Source: an uncultured Gammaproteobacteria bacterium (GTDB lineage: Bacteria > Patescibacteriota > Patescibacteriia > UBA2591 > UBA6264). Taken from it: a stretch of 64,000 nucleotides of DNA. The notes beneath the pieces were generated by a model, which worked only from the letters and a program-made list of their open reading frames with translations, was not told the origin of the DNA and did not search any database. The translations under genes and the position numbers were made by a program. Below are positions 7,538 through 17,420 of this stretch, piece by piece (the first letter of the stretch is position 1; every line of letters begins with the position of its first letter). Location of the stretch: contig CAZQVF010000005.1 of assembly GCA_964596735.1 (NCBI GenBank), positions 13,328 to 77,327 of the forward strand. The letters run 5' to 3'.

Positions 7538-10279
7538 TTACAAATCTTGAGCTTTTTCTACTCTTACCCCTCCGCCTTTTTCTAAAATGACTATATCTCG
7601 TCGGCCAATTTTCTTGGTTAATAAAAGTTTAGCCAAAACATCACTGACTCGATTCTGGATTGCTCTTCTTAATGGCCGAGCTCCAAAAGCTGGATCAAAA
7701 CCAGCTTCTGCCAACTCTGTAACTGCTTCATCTGTTGCTTTTAAAGTAATTCCTTTTTCTTCAAGCTGTTTGGTTAATTTTCTCAAAAGCAATCTTGTAA
7801 TTTGTTTTATTTCTTCCATACCTAATGGCTTGAAAACAACTGTGCCGTCAAAACGATTTAAAAATTCCGGTCGAAAATACGGTCTTAATTTTTCTTGAAT
7901 TAAGGTTTCTGTAATCATTTCTACAGAAGTCCCTTTTGTGATTTCTTCTTGAATAAAATCTGTTCCTGCATTAGATGTACAAATTATTATCAGATTGGTA
8001 AAATCAATTGTTCTCCCAAGAGCATCTGTTAGACGACCATCATCCATTACCTGGAGAAACACATTTAAAATATCTGGGTGGGCCTTTTCAATTTCATCAA
8101 GAAGCAATAAAGAAGAGGGGTTTAACCGTACTGATTCGGTTAACAATCCTCCTTTTTCTCCTCCCGGGACTCCAATTAAACGGTTAATGCTTCCTTTTTC
8201 CTGATACTCACTCATATCTAACCTAATCATTCTATTTTCTTGTCCAAAATATACTTCAGTAACTGTTTTAGCCAATTCTGTTTTTCCCACCCCAGTTGGC
8301 CCTAGAAAAAGTAAATTAACAATTGGTTTTTTCTGGCTACGTAATTCTGTTCTTGCTCTTCTTAAAGCTGCAGCAACCATATTAACTGCTTCATTTTGAT
8401 CAATTAATCTCTTGTGTATTTGTTCTTCTAAATTTAAGAGTTTAGTCGATTCTTTTTCTGTAAGTTTGGTTACAGGAATTTTTGTCTTTTCAGCAACTAA
8501 AGCGGCTACGTCTTCTGCTTGAACAATGCTCTTTTTGCCTTTTCTATTTTTCACGGCAATAGCTACTTCTTTTAAAAGGTTAATTGCTTTATCTGGTAAA
8601 AATTGTTCGTGCAAATAGCGGGATGATAAATCAACCGCTTGATTTAAGGCGCCATAGGAAAAATAAACATGTTCACGAGCTTCAATTGGAGCTGCCTGAG
8701 CCTCTAAAATCTGAATGGTCGCATTTTCATCCGGCTCTTCAATCTTTACCTTTTGAAAAACCTCTCCCAAGGCTTTGGTTTCAATTAAACGACGGTATTC
8801 ATTGGGAATAGATGTTGCTAAAACTAAAAATAATCTTCTTTTCAAAATGCTAGATAAAATTTCTGAAACATCTAATTCTCCTTCAGTTGTACGAACTCCT
8901 ACCATGTTGTGAATATCTTTAATAACTAAAATGATATTTCCCGAACGAGCCACTTCACTAAGAATAATTTGTATTCTTTGTTCAATCTCACCTGATTGTG
9001 AAGCTCCGGCAATCAAACTCGCCAAACTTAAACTGACTAATCTTTTATCTTGAAAGATTTTAGGCACATCCTCTGTAACCATACGCCGAGCCAAACCATT
9101 AATAATAGTTGTCTTTCCTACTCCTGGTTGACCAACTAAAACTACTCCTGGCCGTCCTCCTTCAAGAACTCTAAAAATCTCTTTGACTTCTTTCTCTCTG
9201 TCCATACAGACACCTAAATATCCGCTACGAGCCATTTGAGTCAAATCCTCTCCATGAGCATCAAGATTGGGCGTGGCAATAGCCGTATAAGCCCTATTAA
9301 TTGGGCCCTTAGGTTTAAACCTAGCTTGCCCGGCAAAACTATGTGCCTGCTTGCTTAATTCTTGATAGACCTTAATCCAAAGGCAAACATTGGTTATCTC
9401 ATTTAGACCAACCTCTAAATCGTAAAAAATCTCTTTAACTGGTCCTTCAAAACTCATTAAGGCCTGTAGAATTTCTAAGGGGGAAAGCGAGGTGCTATTA
9501 CCCTCTCCAGCCAAGACATAAGCCCTTAAAAGGACCTTTTGTGTTTCTAGACTATAAGAAACATTTTTAAATGGGCCAGATTTATTAATCTTACCCAGAC
9601 CTCGAGCCACCTTGTCTTGTAGACTTTTCCAATTTAAGCCCAGTCGATTAATAACTAATTTGACATCTGAACCTTCTAAACAACTAGCAAGAATATGAAT
9701 TGGTTGAATCTGCTGATGTTTTAATTTACGAGCTAAAGCCCATGATTTTTGCATGACTTTAACTGAATCTTTAGAAAAAGCTTCTGCAACATCAATTTTA
9801 AACTTCTTGGAAAGGTGGTCTGTTTCTTCCCAATTTTCTGGAATCTGGACACTTTCTCTGATCGATTTTGGCCAATTCTTTTGTCTTTCGTCTTGCTCTT
9901 TTTCTAAGGTATAAAAAAGATAACAATCAGTTAATATTGAAAACCAAATGTATAAAAGCAACCTTTCTTGAGATATATTTAAATATGATATCTGATTTAA
10001 GATATTAATAATGAATTCGGGAACAACAACCTCGGGCAAATTTAAAACTATTTTAAATAAACAAATCAAACCCCAAACTCCAAACAAAATTAATAAAATC
10101 TTAATAATAACTTTTAAAAATCTCCCTAATCCATTGCTAATAATTTCGGCTCTGTTAAAAATTTTGTCTAAAAATAAGATATAACCACCAAACCAGGCAT
10201 AAATTTCCCGACCATTACAGGTAGGACACTTTTTTAAAGGGGTCTTTCCTTGGCAATTTGGACAAATAATAAAATTCAT
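7538..10279 (-). CDS. Clp/Hsp100-family double AAA+ ATPase (ClpC/ClpB-like) with N-terminal zinc ribbon and TM segments
   Basis: CPNCQG-x9-CPTCNG, then hydrophobic segments (VIIKILLILFGVWGLICLF, LLLYIWFSILTDCYLFY). Clp_N-like repeats follow, with Walker A motifs GQPGVGKTT and GPTGVGKTELAKT. Confidence 0.85.
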   Translation of the reverse strand: MNFIICPNCQGKTPLKKCPTCNGREIYAWFGGYILFLDKIFNRAEIISNGLGRFLKVIIKILLILFGVWGLICLFKIVLNLPEVVVPEFIINILNQISYLNISQERLLLYIWFSILTDCYLFYTLEKEQDERQKNWPKSIRESVQIPENWEETDHLSKKFKIDVAEAFSKDSVKVMQKSWALARKLKHQQIQPIHILASCLEGSDVKLVINRLGLNWKSLQDKVARGLGKINKSGPFKNVSYSLETQKVLLRAYVLAGEGNSTSLSPLEILQALMSFEGPVKEIFYDLEVGLNEITNVCLWIKVYQELSKQAHSFAGQARFKPKGPINRAYTAIATPNLDAHGEDLTQMARSGYLGVCMDREKEVKEIFRVLEGGRPGVVLVGQPGVGKTTIINGLARRMVTEDVPKIFQDKRLVSLSLASLIAGASQSGEIEQRIQIILSEVARSGNIILVIKDIHNMVGVRTTEGELDVSEILSSILKRRLFLVLATSIPNEYRRLIETKALGEVFQKVKIEEPDENATIQILEAQAAPIEAREHVYFSYGALNQAVDLSSRYLHEQFLPDKAINLLKEVAIAVKNRKGKKSIVQAEDVAALVAEKTKIPVTKLTEKESTKLLNLEEQIHKRLIDQNEAVNMVAAALRRARTELRSQKKPIVNLLFLGPTGVGKTELAKTVTEVYFGQENRMIRLDMSEYQEKGSINRLIGVPGGEKGGLLTESVRLNPSSLLLLDEIEKAHPDILNVFLQVMDDGRLTDALGRTIDFTNLIIICTSNAGTDFIQEEITKGTSVEMITETLIQEKLRPYFRPEFLNRFDGTVVFKPLGMEEIKQITRLLLRKLTKQLEEKGITLKATDEAVTELAEAGFDPAFGARPLRRAIQNRVSDVLAKLLLTKKIGRRDIVILEKGGGVRVEKAQDL

Positions 10280-10285
10280 TTTTAA

Positions 10286-10645
10286 TTAAAATAATAATTT
10301 AATAATTTGCCAGAGACTAATAATTGGCAAAATCAGCCACAGGACAAATAGAACCAAAAATCCAATCGTCCCTAGTAAAAATAAAAAAGAACGCCAAATT
10401 AAAATAATCAAGCGCATGAAAAAACTAATAATTCTTCCCGACATTGATCGTTCACCAAACATGGGCTTAAAAAGATGGGTGAACATCAATTTTAAAGCTA
10501 AATTACGAAATAAATTACTAACACCATTAATCAATCCTAAAAATCTTTTTTTTGCACCGATAGTGTACCACCAAAAAGGAAAGGTAATAATATTTACTAA
10601 ACCGTATAAAAGCGTGGATTTAATAACGGCTGTCAAAATAGACAT
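10286..10645 (-). CDS. Hypothetical integral membrane protein
   Basis: 119 aa with several hydrophobic helices. No motif recognised. Confidence 0.55.
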   Translation of the reverse strand: MSILTAVIKSTLLYGLVNIITFPFWWYTIGAKKRFLGLINGVSNLFRNLALKLMFTHLFKPMFGERSMSGRIISFFMRLIILIWRSFLFLLGTIGFLVLFVLWLILPIISLWQIIKLLF

Positions 10646-10664
10646 ATTTAGGTCTTCTTTAAAA

Positions 10665-10925
10665 TTATCTTATTGAACTAGAGGCTAGTCCTCTTATTTT
10701 TTTAAAAGTATCTCTGACGACCACCTTCTCTTTAGAAACAGATAAAACCTGTTTTGCTCCGATTATTAAGTGCCCTTGAAATAAATTTTTTAAAAAATTA
10801 TGGCTTTTAATAAAATAATTTTTAACTTGTCCTGTTTCTGGATCAATCTCCAGGTCTACTACTTGACCAAGATAATTACCACTCTCAGTATAAACTGGTA
10901 AATCAATTATCTCTTTTGGGTCCAT
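10665..10925 (-). CDS. PRC-barrel domain protein (YlmC/YmxH-like)
   Basis: LPVYTESGNYLGQVVDLEIDPETGQVKNYFIK is a typical PRC-barrel pattern. Confidence 0.7.
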   Translation of the reverse strand: MDPKEIIDLPVYTESGNYLGQVVDLEIDPETGQVKNYFIKSHNFLKNLFQGHLIIGAKQVLSVSKEKVVVRDTFKKIRGLASSSIR

Positions 10926-10936
10926 AATTCTAATAT

Positions 10937-11668
10937 CTAAGGCTTAGTTATTTGCTTTGAGGAAGCAAAAACAAGCTTTTGCTCTAAAATAGTAAATAAA
11001 AGACTAGCCAACCAATAAAGCATTAACCCGCTAGGCAGGGTCATTCCAATAAAAACCGTTAAAGCGGGCATCATAAATTTCATCTGCTTATTCATTGTTG
11101 CCATCATGTTCTCGTCTTTTGCTCCGCTTTGTTTAAGTACTTTCTTGTCCGGTTGCTCTGTTGTAAAGGCCTTCATTTGAACATATTGCAAAATGCCAGT
11201 GACCAAGGCAAGAATTGGACTAGCTTTTGCCAAATCTAGCAGGCCAAAGGCCATAATATTTAAAGTCCCTGGATTGTGAATAAAAGAATAAATAGGTAAA
11301 GAATTATCGCTTAAACCAACTCTAAAAACCTGAAAAACAGCAATTAAAATAGGAAGTTGAATTAATAATGGCAAACATGAAGAAAAAGGGTTAACCTTGT
11401 TTTCTTTGTAAAGACTCATCATTGCTTGAGCTTGCTTGTCCTTTTGATTAGCATACTTTTTTTTAAGCTCTTCTAATTTTGGCTGAAGTTCTTTAAGTGC
11501 TTTTTGTGATTTAATTGATTGGCGAGAAAGCGGGAATAACAACAACTTAAGTACCAAGGTTAAAATAATTATTGCTAGCCCTAAATCATGTCCGGGAATT
11601 AAATTGTAAAAAAACACCAGAAGATTAAGCAACGGTTCATAAAGAATTATCTTAAAAAATTCAATCAT
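10937..11668 (-). CDS. yidC: Membrane protein insertase YidC (short form)
   Basis: Multi-TM protein with the motif region KYANQKDKQAQAMMSLYKENKVNPFSSCLPLLIQLPILIAVF. Sits downstream of rnpA-yidD. Confidence 0.9.
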   Translation of the reverse strand: MIEFFKIILYEPLLNLLVFFYNLIPGHDLGLAIIILTLVLKLLLFPLSRQSIKSQKALKELQPKLEELKKKYANQKDKQAQAMMSLYKENKVNPFSSCLPLLIQLPILIAVFQVFRVGLSDNSLPIYSFIHNPGTLNIMAFGLLDLAKASPILALVTGILQYVQMKAFTTEQPDKKVLKQSGAKDENMMATMNKQMKFMMPALTVFIGMTLPSGLMLYWLASLLFTILEQKLVFASSKQITKP

Positions 11669-11681
11669 ACTAAACTATATT

Positions 11682-11936
11682 TTATGCAGGATCCCATCCC
11701 CCCTTAGACCAAGGGTGGCAACGAAAAATTCTTTTTAAGGCTTTAATTCCTCCCTTTAAAAGACCGTATTTATTAATGGCGTCATAAGCATATTCTGAAC
11801 AAGTCGGACGGAACTTACAGGTTCCTTTCCAGGGGTGAATTAATGAAAAAACACCATGATCAGGAGAAAAGGTTTTTTGATAAAAACGGATCAATTGCAA
11901 AACTAATAATCGTGGCCAAATAAAAATTTGTTTCAT
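11682..11936 (-). CDS. yidD: Membrane protein insertion efficiency factor YidD
   Basis: CKFRPTCSEYAYDAINKYGLLKGGIKALKRIFRCHPWSKGGWDP. Confidence 0.92.
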   Translation of the reverse strand: MKQIFIWPRLLVLQLIRFYQKTFSPDHGVFSLIHPWKGTCKFRPTCSEYAYDAINKYGLLKGGIKALKRIFRCHPWSKGGWDPA

Positions 11937-11939
11937 TCT

Positions 11940-12284
11940 TTAGGATTTAATTAAATTCTGTTTTTGAAAAAGTTTTAAAAGTTTGCTTTTAATTTGTGAA
12001 TAATCTAAATCTTCTGTTCCTGATTTAGTTAAAATCATAAAATCGTAACCCTGAACAATATTAGATAGATTTTCTTTTAAAATCGCTCTAATTCTTCTTT
12101 TTATTTTATTACGTATGACTGCCTTTTTGCTGACTTTAAGGGAAACAATAATTCCAAAACGAGAATAATTGAGATTGTTCTTAATATATTTTAAGCCTAA
12201 AGCATAACTAAAAATAATTTTTCCTTGTTGGGCAACCCGAGCAAAATCCTTGTTCTTAGTTAAACGATATTGTTTGGGCAACAT
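11940..12284 (-). CDS. rnpA: Ribonuclease P protein component
   Basis: Basic 114-aa protein (KAVIRNKIKRRIRAI) located immediately downstream of rpmH. Confidence 0.88.
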   Translation of the reverse strand: MLPKQYRLTKNKDFARVAQQGKIIFSYALGLKYIKNNLNYSRFGIIVSLKVSKKAVIRNKIKRRIRAILKENLSNIVQGYDFMILTKSGTEDLDYSQIKSKLLKLFQKQNLIKS

Positions 12285-12292
12285 AAAGCCTT

Positions 12293-12430
12293 TTAAACAG
12301 TTAACTTCTTTCTCTTTTTAGCCCGCCTTCTTTTTAATATTTGCTGGCCAGCTTTTGTTTGCATTCTCTTTTTAAAGCCATGTGTTCTGGCCCTCTTTCT
12401 TTTTTTGGGCTGATAAGTTCTTTTAGGCAT
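12293..12430 (-). CDS. rpmH: 50S ribosomal protein L34 (below the ORF-track length cutoff)
   Basis: My translation of the minus strand gives [45 protein letters not shown] (45 aa). Canonical position upstream of rnpA. Confidence 0.92.
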   Translation of the reverse strand: MPKRTYQPKKRKRARTHGFKKRMQTKAGQQILKRRRAKKRKKLTV

Positions 12431-12462
12431 ATTAAAAAAATCTTATTAAATACTTAATACCC

Positions 12463-12530
12463 TATAATTAAATTACATTAATTTATATATAATAATTTAA
12501 TTTCAAGGTTCTGGTAAAGTCAGGTTCTTA
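12463..12530 (-). promoter_or_regulatory. Dispersed promoter-proximal repeat, copy 2 (upstream of rpmH)
   Basis: Minus-strand reading: AAGAACCtgactttacCAGAACCTTGAAATTAAAttattataTATAAAttaatgtaatttAATTATAg. It ends about 30 nt before the rpmH ATG. Confidence 0.6.
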
Positions 12531-12565
12531 TTTTAACACAAAAAGCACTAAACTACAAATACTAT

Positions 12566-14083
12566 TTATCTGGCGTATTCAATAATCCTGTTCTCTCTGA
12601 TTACTGTTACTTTAATTTCACCTGGATATTTTAATTCTTCTTCTATTCTATCAGCTATTTCTCTAGCTAATTTATGGGCATCTGTGTCATCGACTTCCTG
12701 AGGAGTAACAAAAACTCTTAAATCTCGACCAGCCTGAATGGCATAAACTTTTTCAACACCAGAAAAAGTCTTGGCTAAAGATTCTAGTTCTTCTAAACGT
12801 TTTAAATATTCTTCGTAAGTATCTTTTCGTGCCCCTGGTCGAGCTCCGGAAATCGCATCAGCAACTTTAACAATTACTGCTTCCAATGTTGGAGGTTTAT
12901 CTTCATGATGAGTAGCAATAGGAATAATTACCTCTTTACTTAGGCCGTATTTTTCTCCTAAATTCTTACCAAGTTCTGGATGAGTTCCTTGAACCTCAAA
13001 ATCAACTGCTTTCCCAATGTCATGAAGCAATCCAGCTTTTTTGGCTATGGAAACATCGGCTCCTAACTCGTGAGCGAGCATGGCTGAAAGTTCAGCTACT
13101 TCGATAGAATGAAGAAGTACGTTTTGCCCATAACTAGTCCGGTATTTCAATCTGCCCAGAATTTGAACTAACTTTGGATCAATAGTAGGAATTCCAGTTT
13201 GATAAAGCGCTTCTTCTCCTGCTTTTCTAATATCTCGGGCCAATTCTTTTTTCGTTTCTTCAACAATTCTCTCAATACGAGCTGGTTGAATTCGACCATC
13301 AGCAATTAATTTTTCTAAAACTAATTTTGCCAGTTGACGACGAATTGGATTAAAAGCAGAAACAAACACAACCTCAGGTGTATCATCAACAACAATTTCA
13401 GTACCTGTTAATTGTTCTACTACTTTAATATTCCTTCCTTCTCGACCAATAACCCTACCTTTCACTTCGTCTGACGGTAAAGCTACAGAAGCGATTGTCG
13501 TTTCTGCAGTATGGGCTGAAGCATATCTCTCAATAACATTGGTAATTAATTTCTTAGTTTGTTTTTCAATCTCTTCTGCGCCATATTCCTCCATTTTCTT
13601 AATTCTGAGCAAAAGATCCTCTTTCATTTTCTTTTCTAGGTTATTTAAAAGAAACTCTTTTGCTTCTTGTTCAGTCATTCCAGAAATTCTTTCTAGCTCT
13701 TGTCTTGCCTCTTCATAAAGTTGTTTAATTTTAACTTTTGCCTGTTCTAGTCTATCAGCCTTTCCAGCTAGATCCCTTTGCCTTTCTTCTATCTCAAAAA
13801 TCTTTTTTTCAAAAAGAGACTGTCTTTTTTCTAAACGCTCTTCTGAAACTTTTAGTTCTTTTCTTCTGTCTAGTTCTTCTTTTTTTGCTCTATCGATGAT
13901 CTTAAGGCTTTCTTCACGAGCTTTGAAAAAAACTTCTTGTTGTTTGACCTTAGCTTTAGTTAAAATATCTTTTGCTTTTGATTCTGCTGATTCAGTCATG
14001 TATCGACCCATTTGTCGACGAATCAACCAACCAACAAACATTCCAGCTAAGATGCCAATTAAAACGAAAATGTAATCCATCAT
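12566..14083 (-). CDS. rny: Ribonuclease Y
   Basis: N-terminal TM, long coiled coil, KH domain (GRVIGREGRNIKVVEQLTG) and HD domain (LLHDIGKA). Confidence 0.93.
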   Translation of the reverse strand: MMDYIFVLIGILAGMFVGWLIRRQMGRYMTESAESKAKDILTKAKVKQQEVFFKAREESLKIIDRAKKEELDRRKELKVSEERLEKRQSLFEKKIFEIEERQRDLAGKADRLEQAKVKIKQLYEEARQELERISGMTEQEAKEFLLNNLEKKMKEDLLLRIKKMEEYGAEEIEKQTKKLITNVIERYASAHTAETTIASVALPSDEVKGRVIGREGRNIKVVEQLTGTEIVVDDTPEVVFVSAFNPIRRQLAKLVLEKLIADGRIQPARIERIVEETKKELARDIRKAGEEALYQTGIPTIDPKLVQILGRLKYRTSYGQNVLLHSIEVAELSAMLAHELGADVSIAKKAGLLHDIGKAVDFEVQGTHPELGKNLGEKYGLSKEVIIPIATHHEDKPPTLEAVIVKVADAISGARPGARKDTYEEYLKRLEELESLAKTFSGVEKVYAIQAGRDLRVFVTPQEVDDTDAHKLAREIADRIEEELKYPGEIKVTVIRENRIIEYAR

Positions 14084-14105
14084 ATATTTTATTTGTTAAA
14101 TAAAT

Positions 14106-14129
14106 AAAAGCCAATTCTTTTTGGCTTTT
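14106..14129. terminator. Hairpin terminator between clpP and rny
   Basis: aaaagccaa-ttcttt-ttggctttt: a 9-bp stem flanked by A/T runs. Confidence 0.55.
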
Positions 14130-14154
14130 AAAAGATTTATTTTTAAAAATGTTT

Positions 14155-14733
14155 CTATTTGGTGATAACCTTATCAACCAGACCGTATTTTTTTGCTTCC
14201 TCAACTGTCATATAAAAATCGCGGTCTGTGTCATTTTCTATCTTCTTTAACGATTGTTTAGTGTGCTTAGCTAATATCTTATTAATTCTATCTCTAACCC
14301 TTAAAATATGTTCGGCTCTAATCTTAATATCTGCGGCTGGACCCTCTGCTCCGCCCATTACTTGATGTAACATTATTTCTGCATTTGGTAGGGCCAGGCG
14401 TTTGCCTTTTGCTCCAGCTGATAAAAGGACCGCTCCCATTGAAGCAGCTGTCCCGATACAAATTGTCATTACATTTGGCCTAACATACTGCATTGTATCA
14501 TAAATAGCTAAGCCAGCTGTAACTGAACCTCCAAGAGTGTTGATATAGAGCTTGATATCCTTGTTTTTATCTTCACTAGCTAAAAACAAGAGTTGAGCAA
14601 TAACGATATTAGCAATATCATCAGTAATAGTATCACCAAGAAAAATAATTCTTTCCTTTAAAAGCCTTGAATATATATCATAAGCTCGTTCTCCATGTGT
14701 AGATTTTTCAATAACTGTTGGAACGAGATGCAT
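14155..14733 (-). CDS. clpP: ATP-dependent Clp protease proteolytic subunit
   Basis: [19 protein letters not shown], catalytic Ser context [11 protein letters not shown], and MLHQVMGG. Confidence 0.95.
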   Translation of the reverse strand: MHLVPTVIEKSTHGERAYDIYSRLLKERIIFLGDTITDDIANIVIAQLLFLASEDKNKDIKLYINTLGGSVTAGLAIYDTMQYVRPNVMTICIGTAASMGAVLLSAGAKGKRLALPNAEIMLHQVMGGAEGPAADIKIRAEHILRVRDRINKILAKHTKQSLKKIENDTDRDFYMTVEEAKKYGLVDKVITK

Positions 14734-14823
14734 ATATTAAAAATTGTTCACTATTAATTAATTCCCTCCTTCTAGGAGTATATCAGCCCAAAAAATTCTG
14801 TCAATTTATTGAGGTGGATAACC

Positions 14824-15162
14824 CTAATTTTTAGCTTCATCTAAGGCTTTCTCAACCTGGCTGACTTCTTCCTCTGTCTCATCAAGTAAAAATTTAATCT
14901 TAGGAATAAATTTAAGAAATAAGCTTTTATTTAATAATCTTTGTAAATAACCGATTCTCTTTGAAAGCTCTTTAAAAACTATTTTGGCCTGATTAATAGG
15001 AAAAACACTAATCCAAATTTTTGCCTGCAATAAATCGGTTGAAGTTTCTACATGAGTAATAGTAATTAACGAGCCTTCTGGCGGATCAATTTCCCTAAGA
15101 AAAATTTTGCTCATCTCTCTTTTAATCAATTCATTGATTTGTTCAATTCTTTGAGAACACAT
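14824..15162 (-). CDS. rbfA: Ribosome-binding factor A
   Basis: SQRIEQINELIKREMSKIFLREI...VTHVETSTDLLQAKIWISV. Start moved to ATG 15162 because the longer ORF runs into the upstream repeat. Confidence 0.85.
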   Translation of the reverse strand: MCSQRIEQINELIKREMSKIFLREIDPPEGSLITITHVETSTDLLQAKIWISVFPINQAKIVFKELSKRIGYLQRLLNKSLFLKFIPKIKFLLDETEEEVSQVEKALDEAKN

Positions 15163-15163
15163 T

Positions 15164-15214
15164 TTTATAATTAAAATATTTTTTAATTTCAAGGTTCTGC
15201 GAAACAGGTTCTTA
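15164..15214 (-). promoter_or_regulatory. Dispersed promoter-proximal repeat, copy 3, short form (upstream of rbfA)
   Basis: Minus-strand reading: tAAGAACCtgtttcgCAGAACCTTGAAA-17 nt-TATAAA-a-ATG. The element begins on the tsaC stop codon. Confidence 0.6.
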
Positions 15215-15775
15215 AAAACGAAAAAATTTAAAAGGCCTTTCTGTTAAATCAACTATAATTGATGGTTGACCAGTTAATCCCTCTCCTTTTAAGGCCAGAT
15301 TTACCTGTTGACTAAATTCTTTAGTTATCTTTTTTATACTCAAACTAGGTTGAAAGCCTGACATATTAGCGCTAGTTGTGGTTATTGGAAAATTCTTGCT
15401 TAATTGTTGACAAACCTCTGAATCAGGAATACGGACACCAATCGTTTTTTTACCCCCGGTCAAGATTTTAGACACTTTAGCTTTCTTTTTTAAAATAAAA
15501 GTAAAAGGCCCTGGCAAAAGGGCTGACATTAACTTTTCTTGTTCTTTATTAACCCGGGCCAAATCTTTAATTTCCTTTAAACTTGAAACTATTACAGACA
15601 AGGGTGCTTTAAACTCTCTACCTTTTATTCTAAAAACTTTTTGAATTGCCCCCTGATTAAAAATATCTGCTCCCAGACCGTATAGCGTGTCTGTGGGGTA
15701 AATAATTACTTCGCCTTGTTGCAAGGCCTTTCTTGCTTTTCTTATATTTATCTTAGTTGGTGAATAAACTAACAT
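15212..15775 (-). CDS. tsaC: L-threonylcarbamoyladenylate synthase (YrdC/TsaC domain)
   Basis: VIIYPTDTLYGLGADIFNQGAIQKVFRIKGREFKAPLSV and TSANMSG. Confidence 0.88.
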   Translation of the reverse strand: MLVYSPTKINIRKARKALQQGEVIIYPTDTLYGLGADIFNQGAIQKVFRIKGREFKAPLSVIVSSLKEIKDLARVNKEQEKLMSALLPGPFTFILKKKAKVSKILTGGKKTIGVRIPDSEVCQQLSKNFPITTTSANMSGFQPSLSIKKITKEFSQQVNLALKGEGLTGQPSIIVDLTERPFKFFRF

Positions 15776-15777
15776 AT

Positions 15778-16329
15778 TTAAAGACCTAATTCCTTAGGAA
15801 TACTTTGCATTGCCCTTAAACTAATTTTTACAAACTCTTCAAGTGACAAATCTAGTTCTTCACAAGCGGCAATAGTTTCTCGATTAGCTCCTCGGGCAAA
15901 TCCCTTTTCTTTATACCTGTTTAAAACGTTTTCTGCACTTAAATTAATAATTTTCTTGTTTGGCATAACCAAGGTCGCCGCAACAATTAAACCAGTAATC
16001 GGGTCTGCACAAAAAAGGGCCTTGGTCATTTTATCTTCACGAGGCAAACCATGAATTTCATTATGAGCCTTAACAGCCGTAATGACTTCTGAATCAATTC
16101 CATGTTGCTGGAGCATTTCCGCCCCTAGCAAACTATGTTTTTCTGGAGTATCTTTGGTTTCTTCATAATCAATATCATGTAAAAGTCCGGTTAAAGCCCA
16201 CTTTTCAATGTTTTCATTGAAATATTTTGCTAATTCCTTCATTACTGCTTCTACGGCCAAGCAGTGCTTAACCAGATTTCTATTTTGAATCTTTTCCTCA
16301 ACTAATTTTAGAGCCTCTTCTCTAGTCAT
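15778..16329 (-). CDS. HD/HDIG-domain metal-dependent phosphohydrolase
   Basis: Contains an H...HD signature (HCLAVEAVM..., LLHDIDYE). Confidence 0.75.
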   Translation of the reverse strand: MTREEALKLVEEKIQNRNLVKHCLAVEAVMKELAKYFNENIEKWALTGLLHDIDYEETKDTPEKHSLLGAEMLQQHGIDSEVITAVKAHNEIHGLPREDKMTKALFCADPITGLIVAATLVMPNKKIINLSAENVLNRYKEKGFARGANRETIAACEELDLSLEEFVKISLRAMQSIPKELGL

Positions 16330-16991
16330 TAAAGCAATTTAAAGTTATTAATCACTAAATGGAATTTATACCCCAGATAATTAGCGGCTTGACGGCAATA
16401 AGTCATCCTTTCTGTAAAAATTTCAAAAAATTCTATAACTGGAACAAACTTTTGGTCAATCTTTAAGGTAAGAATAATCTGTTTTTTAGATCTATTAATA
16501 CTTAGATCTGATTTGGTTACTGCATAATTCACTCGATCATGAATATCGAGCTTAATTTTTTCTAAAGATTTAACTGTTACTCGGGAACGATGAACATCTG
16601 ACTTGTCAGCCAATACAACAATGGCAGATATAGGCTCTGTTAATTTCATTGTATTTTTATCATGATTAGAGATTGCCTGCATTATCCAAACAAGTTCTTT
16701 GGAGGTAAAATCATTTTTAAAAATCTGATGGAATAAAAGGGAACCCCAATAATGATGTTGTGAACGACCTAGAAAATTACCCATATCATGACAAAAGCCA
16801 GCAATAGCTGCCAAGTCTTGACCCCTTTCACTTAGATTAATTTGTTTGGCTAAATTTTTAGCCTCACGCGCAACTAATTTAGCATGGCGCAAGCCATGTT
16901 CAGTATAATCTAATGCCTTAATAGTAATTTCAGACTGATTAATAAACTCCAAAATTTTTGGATGTTTTTTTATGTCTTGAAATGTTAACAT
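16329..16991 (-). CDS. HD-domain phosphohydrolase
   Basis: GLRHAKLVAREA...AGFCHDMGN (H...HD). Confidence 0.7.
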   Translation of the reverse strand: MLTFQDIKKHPKILEFINQSEITIKALDYTEHGLRHAKLVAREAKNLAKQINLSERGQDLAAIAGFCHDMGNFLGRSQHHYWGSLLFHQIFKNDFTSKELVWIMQAISNHDKNTMKLTEPISAIVVLADKSDVHRSRVTVKSLEKIKLDIHDRVNYAVTKSDLSINRSKKQIILTLKIDQKFVPVIEFFEIFTERMTYCRQAANYLGYKFHLVINNFKLL

Positions 16992-16997
16992 ACAATT

Positions 16998-17231
16998 TTA
17001 TTTAATATTTAATTTTTCCTTAAACTTTGGGACATCAAATCCCATAATCATTTCCCCGTCGATTTCTGTTACGGGTACGGCCATCTGCCCTGTTTTTTTA
17101 ATAAAATCATCAACCAGATCCTGATGTTGACTAAGATCAACCTCTTCAAACTCGATTTTATTCTCATTTAAAAAATCTTTGACATGGTGGCAATAAAGAC
17201 ATGATGGTGATGTATAAACAATTATTTTCAT
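16998..17231 (-). CDS. Glutaredoxin-like protein (NrdH/YruB-like)
   Basis: IIVYTSPSCLYCHHVKDFL (CxxC) and VPVTEIDGEMIMGFD. Confidence 0.85.
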   Translation of the reverse strand: MKIIVYTSPSCLYCHHVKDFLNENKIEFEEVDLSQHQDLVDDFIKKTGQMAVPVTEIDGEMIMGFDVPKFKEKLNIK

Positions 17232-17265
17232 ATATTCTTAGTTAATTGGTTATTTACTGTTAGTA

Positions 17266-17420
17266 TAAGAACCTGCTTCGCAGAACCTTGAAATTAAATT
17301 CTATTATATATAAATTAAGGTAATTTAATTATAAGAACCTGCTTCGCAGAACCTACCTGCCGGCAGGCAGGCCTTGAAATTAAATTCTATTGTATAAATA
17401 ATAATGTATTTTAATTATAA
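17266..17420 (+). promoter_or_regulatory. Tandem pair of the dispersed promoter-like repeat (copies 4a at 17266-17332 and 4b at 17333-17420)
   Basis: Two head-to-tail copies with TTGAAA at 17288-17293 and 17374-17379. Copy 4b carries a 20-nt insertion containing the perfect palindrome cctgccggcagg (17356-17367). Both point toward the 3' end of the minus-strand RT gene. Confidence 0.6.

Noticed and set aside
7587-8811. Plus-strand ORFs 7587-7898, 7995-8204 and 8584-8811
   Set aside because: All are antisense shadows inside the Clp ATPase gene. Other internal antisense ORFs fall in the same class (2046-2264, 2586-2867, 21830-22033, 24150-24350, 28571-28792, 29760-30107, 33800-34036, 37070-37363, 50907-51206, 55946-56149).
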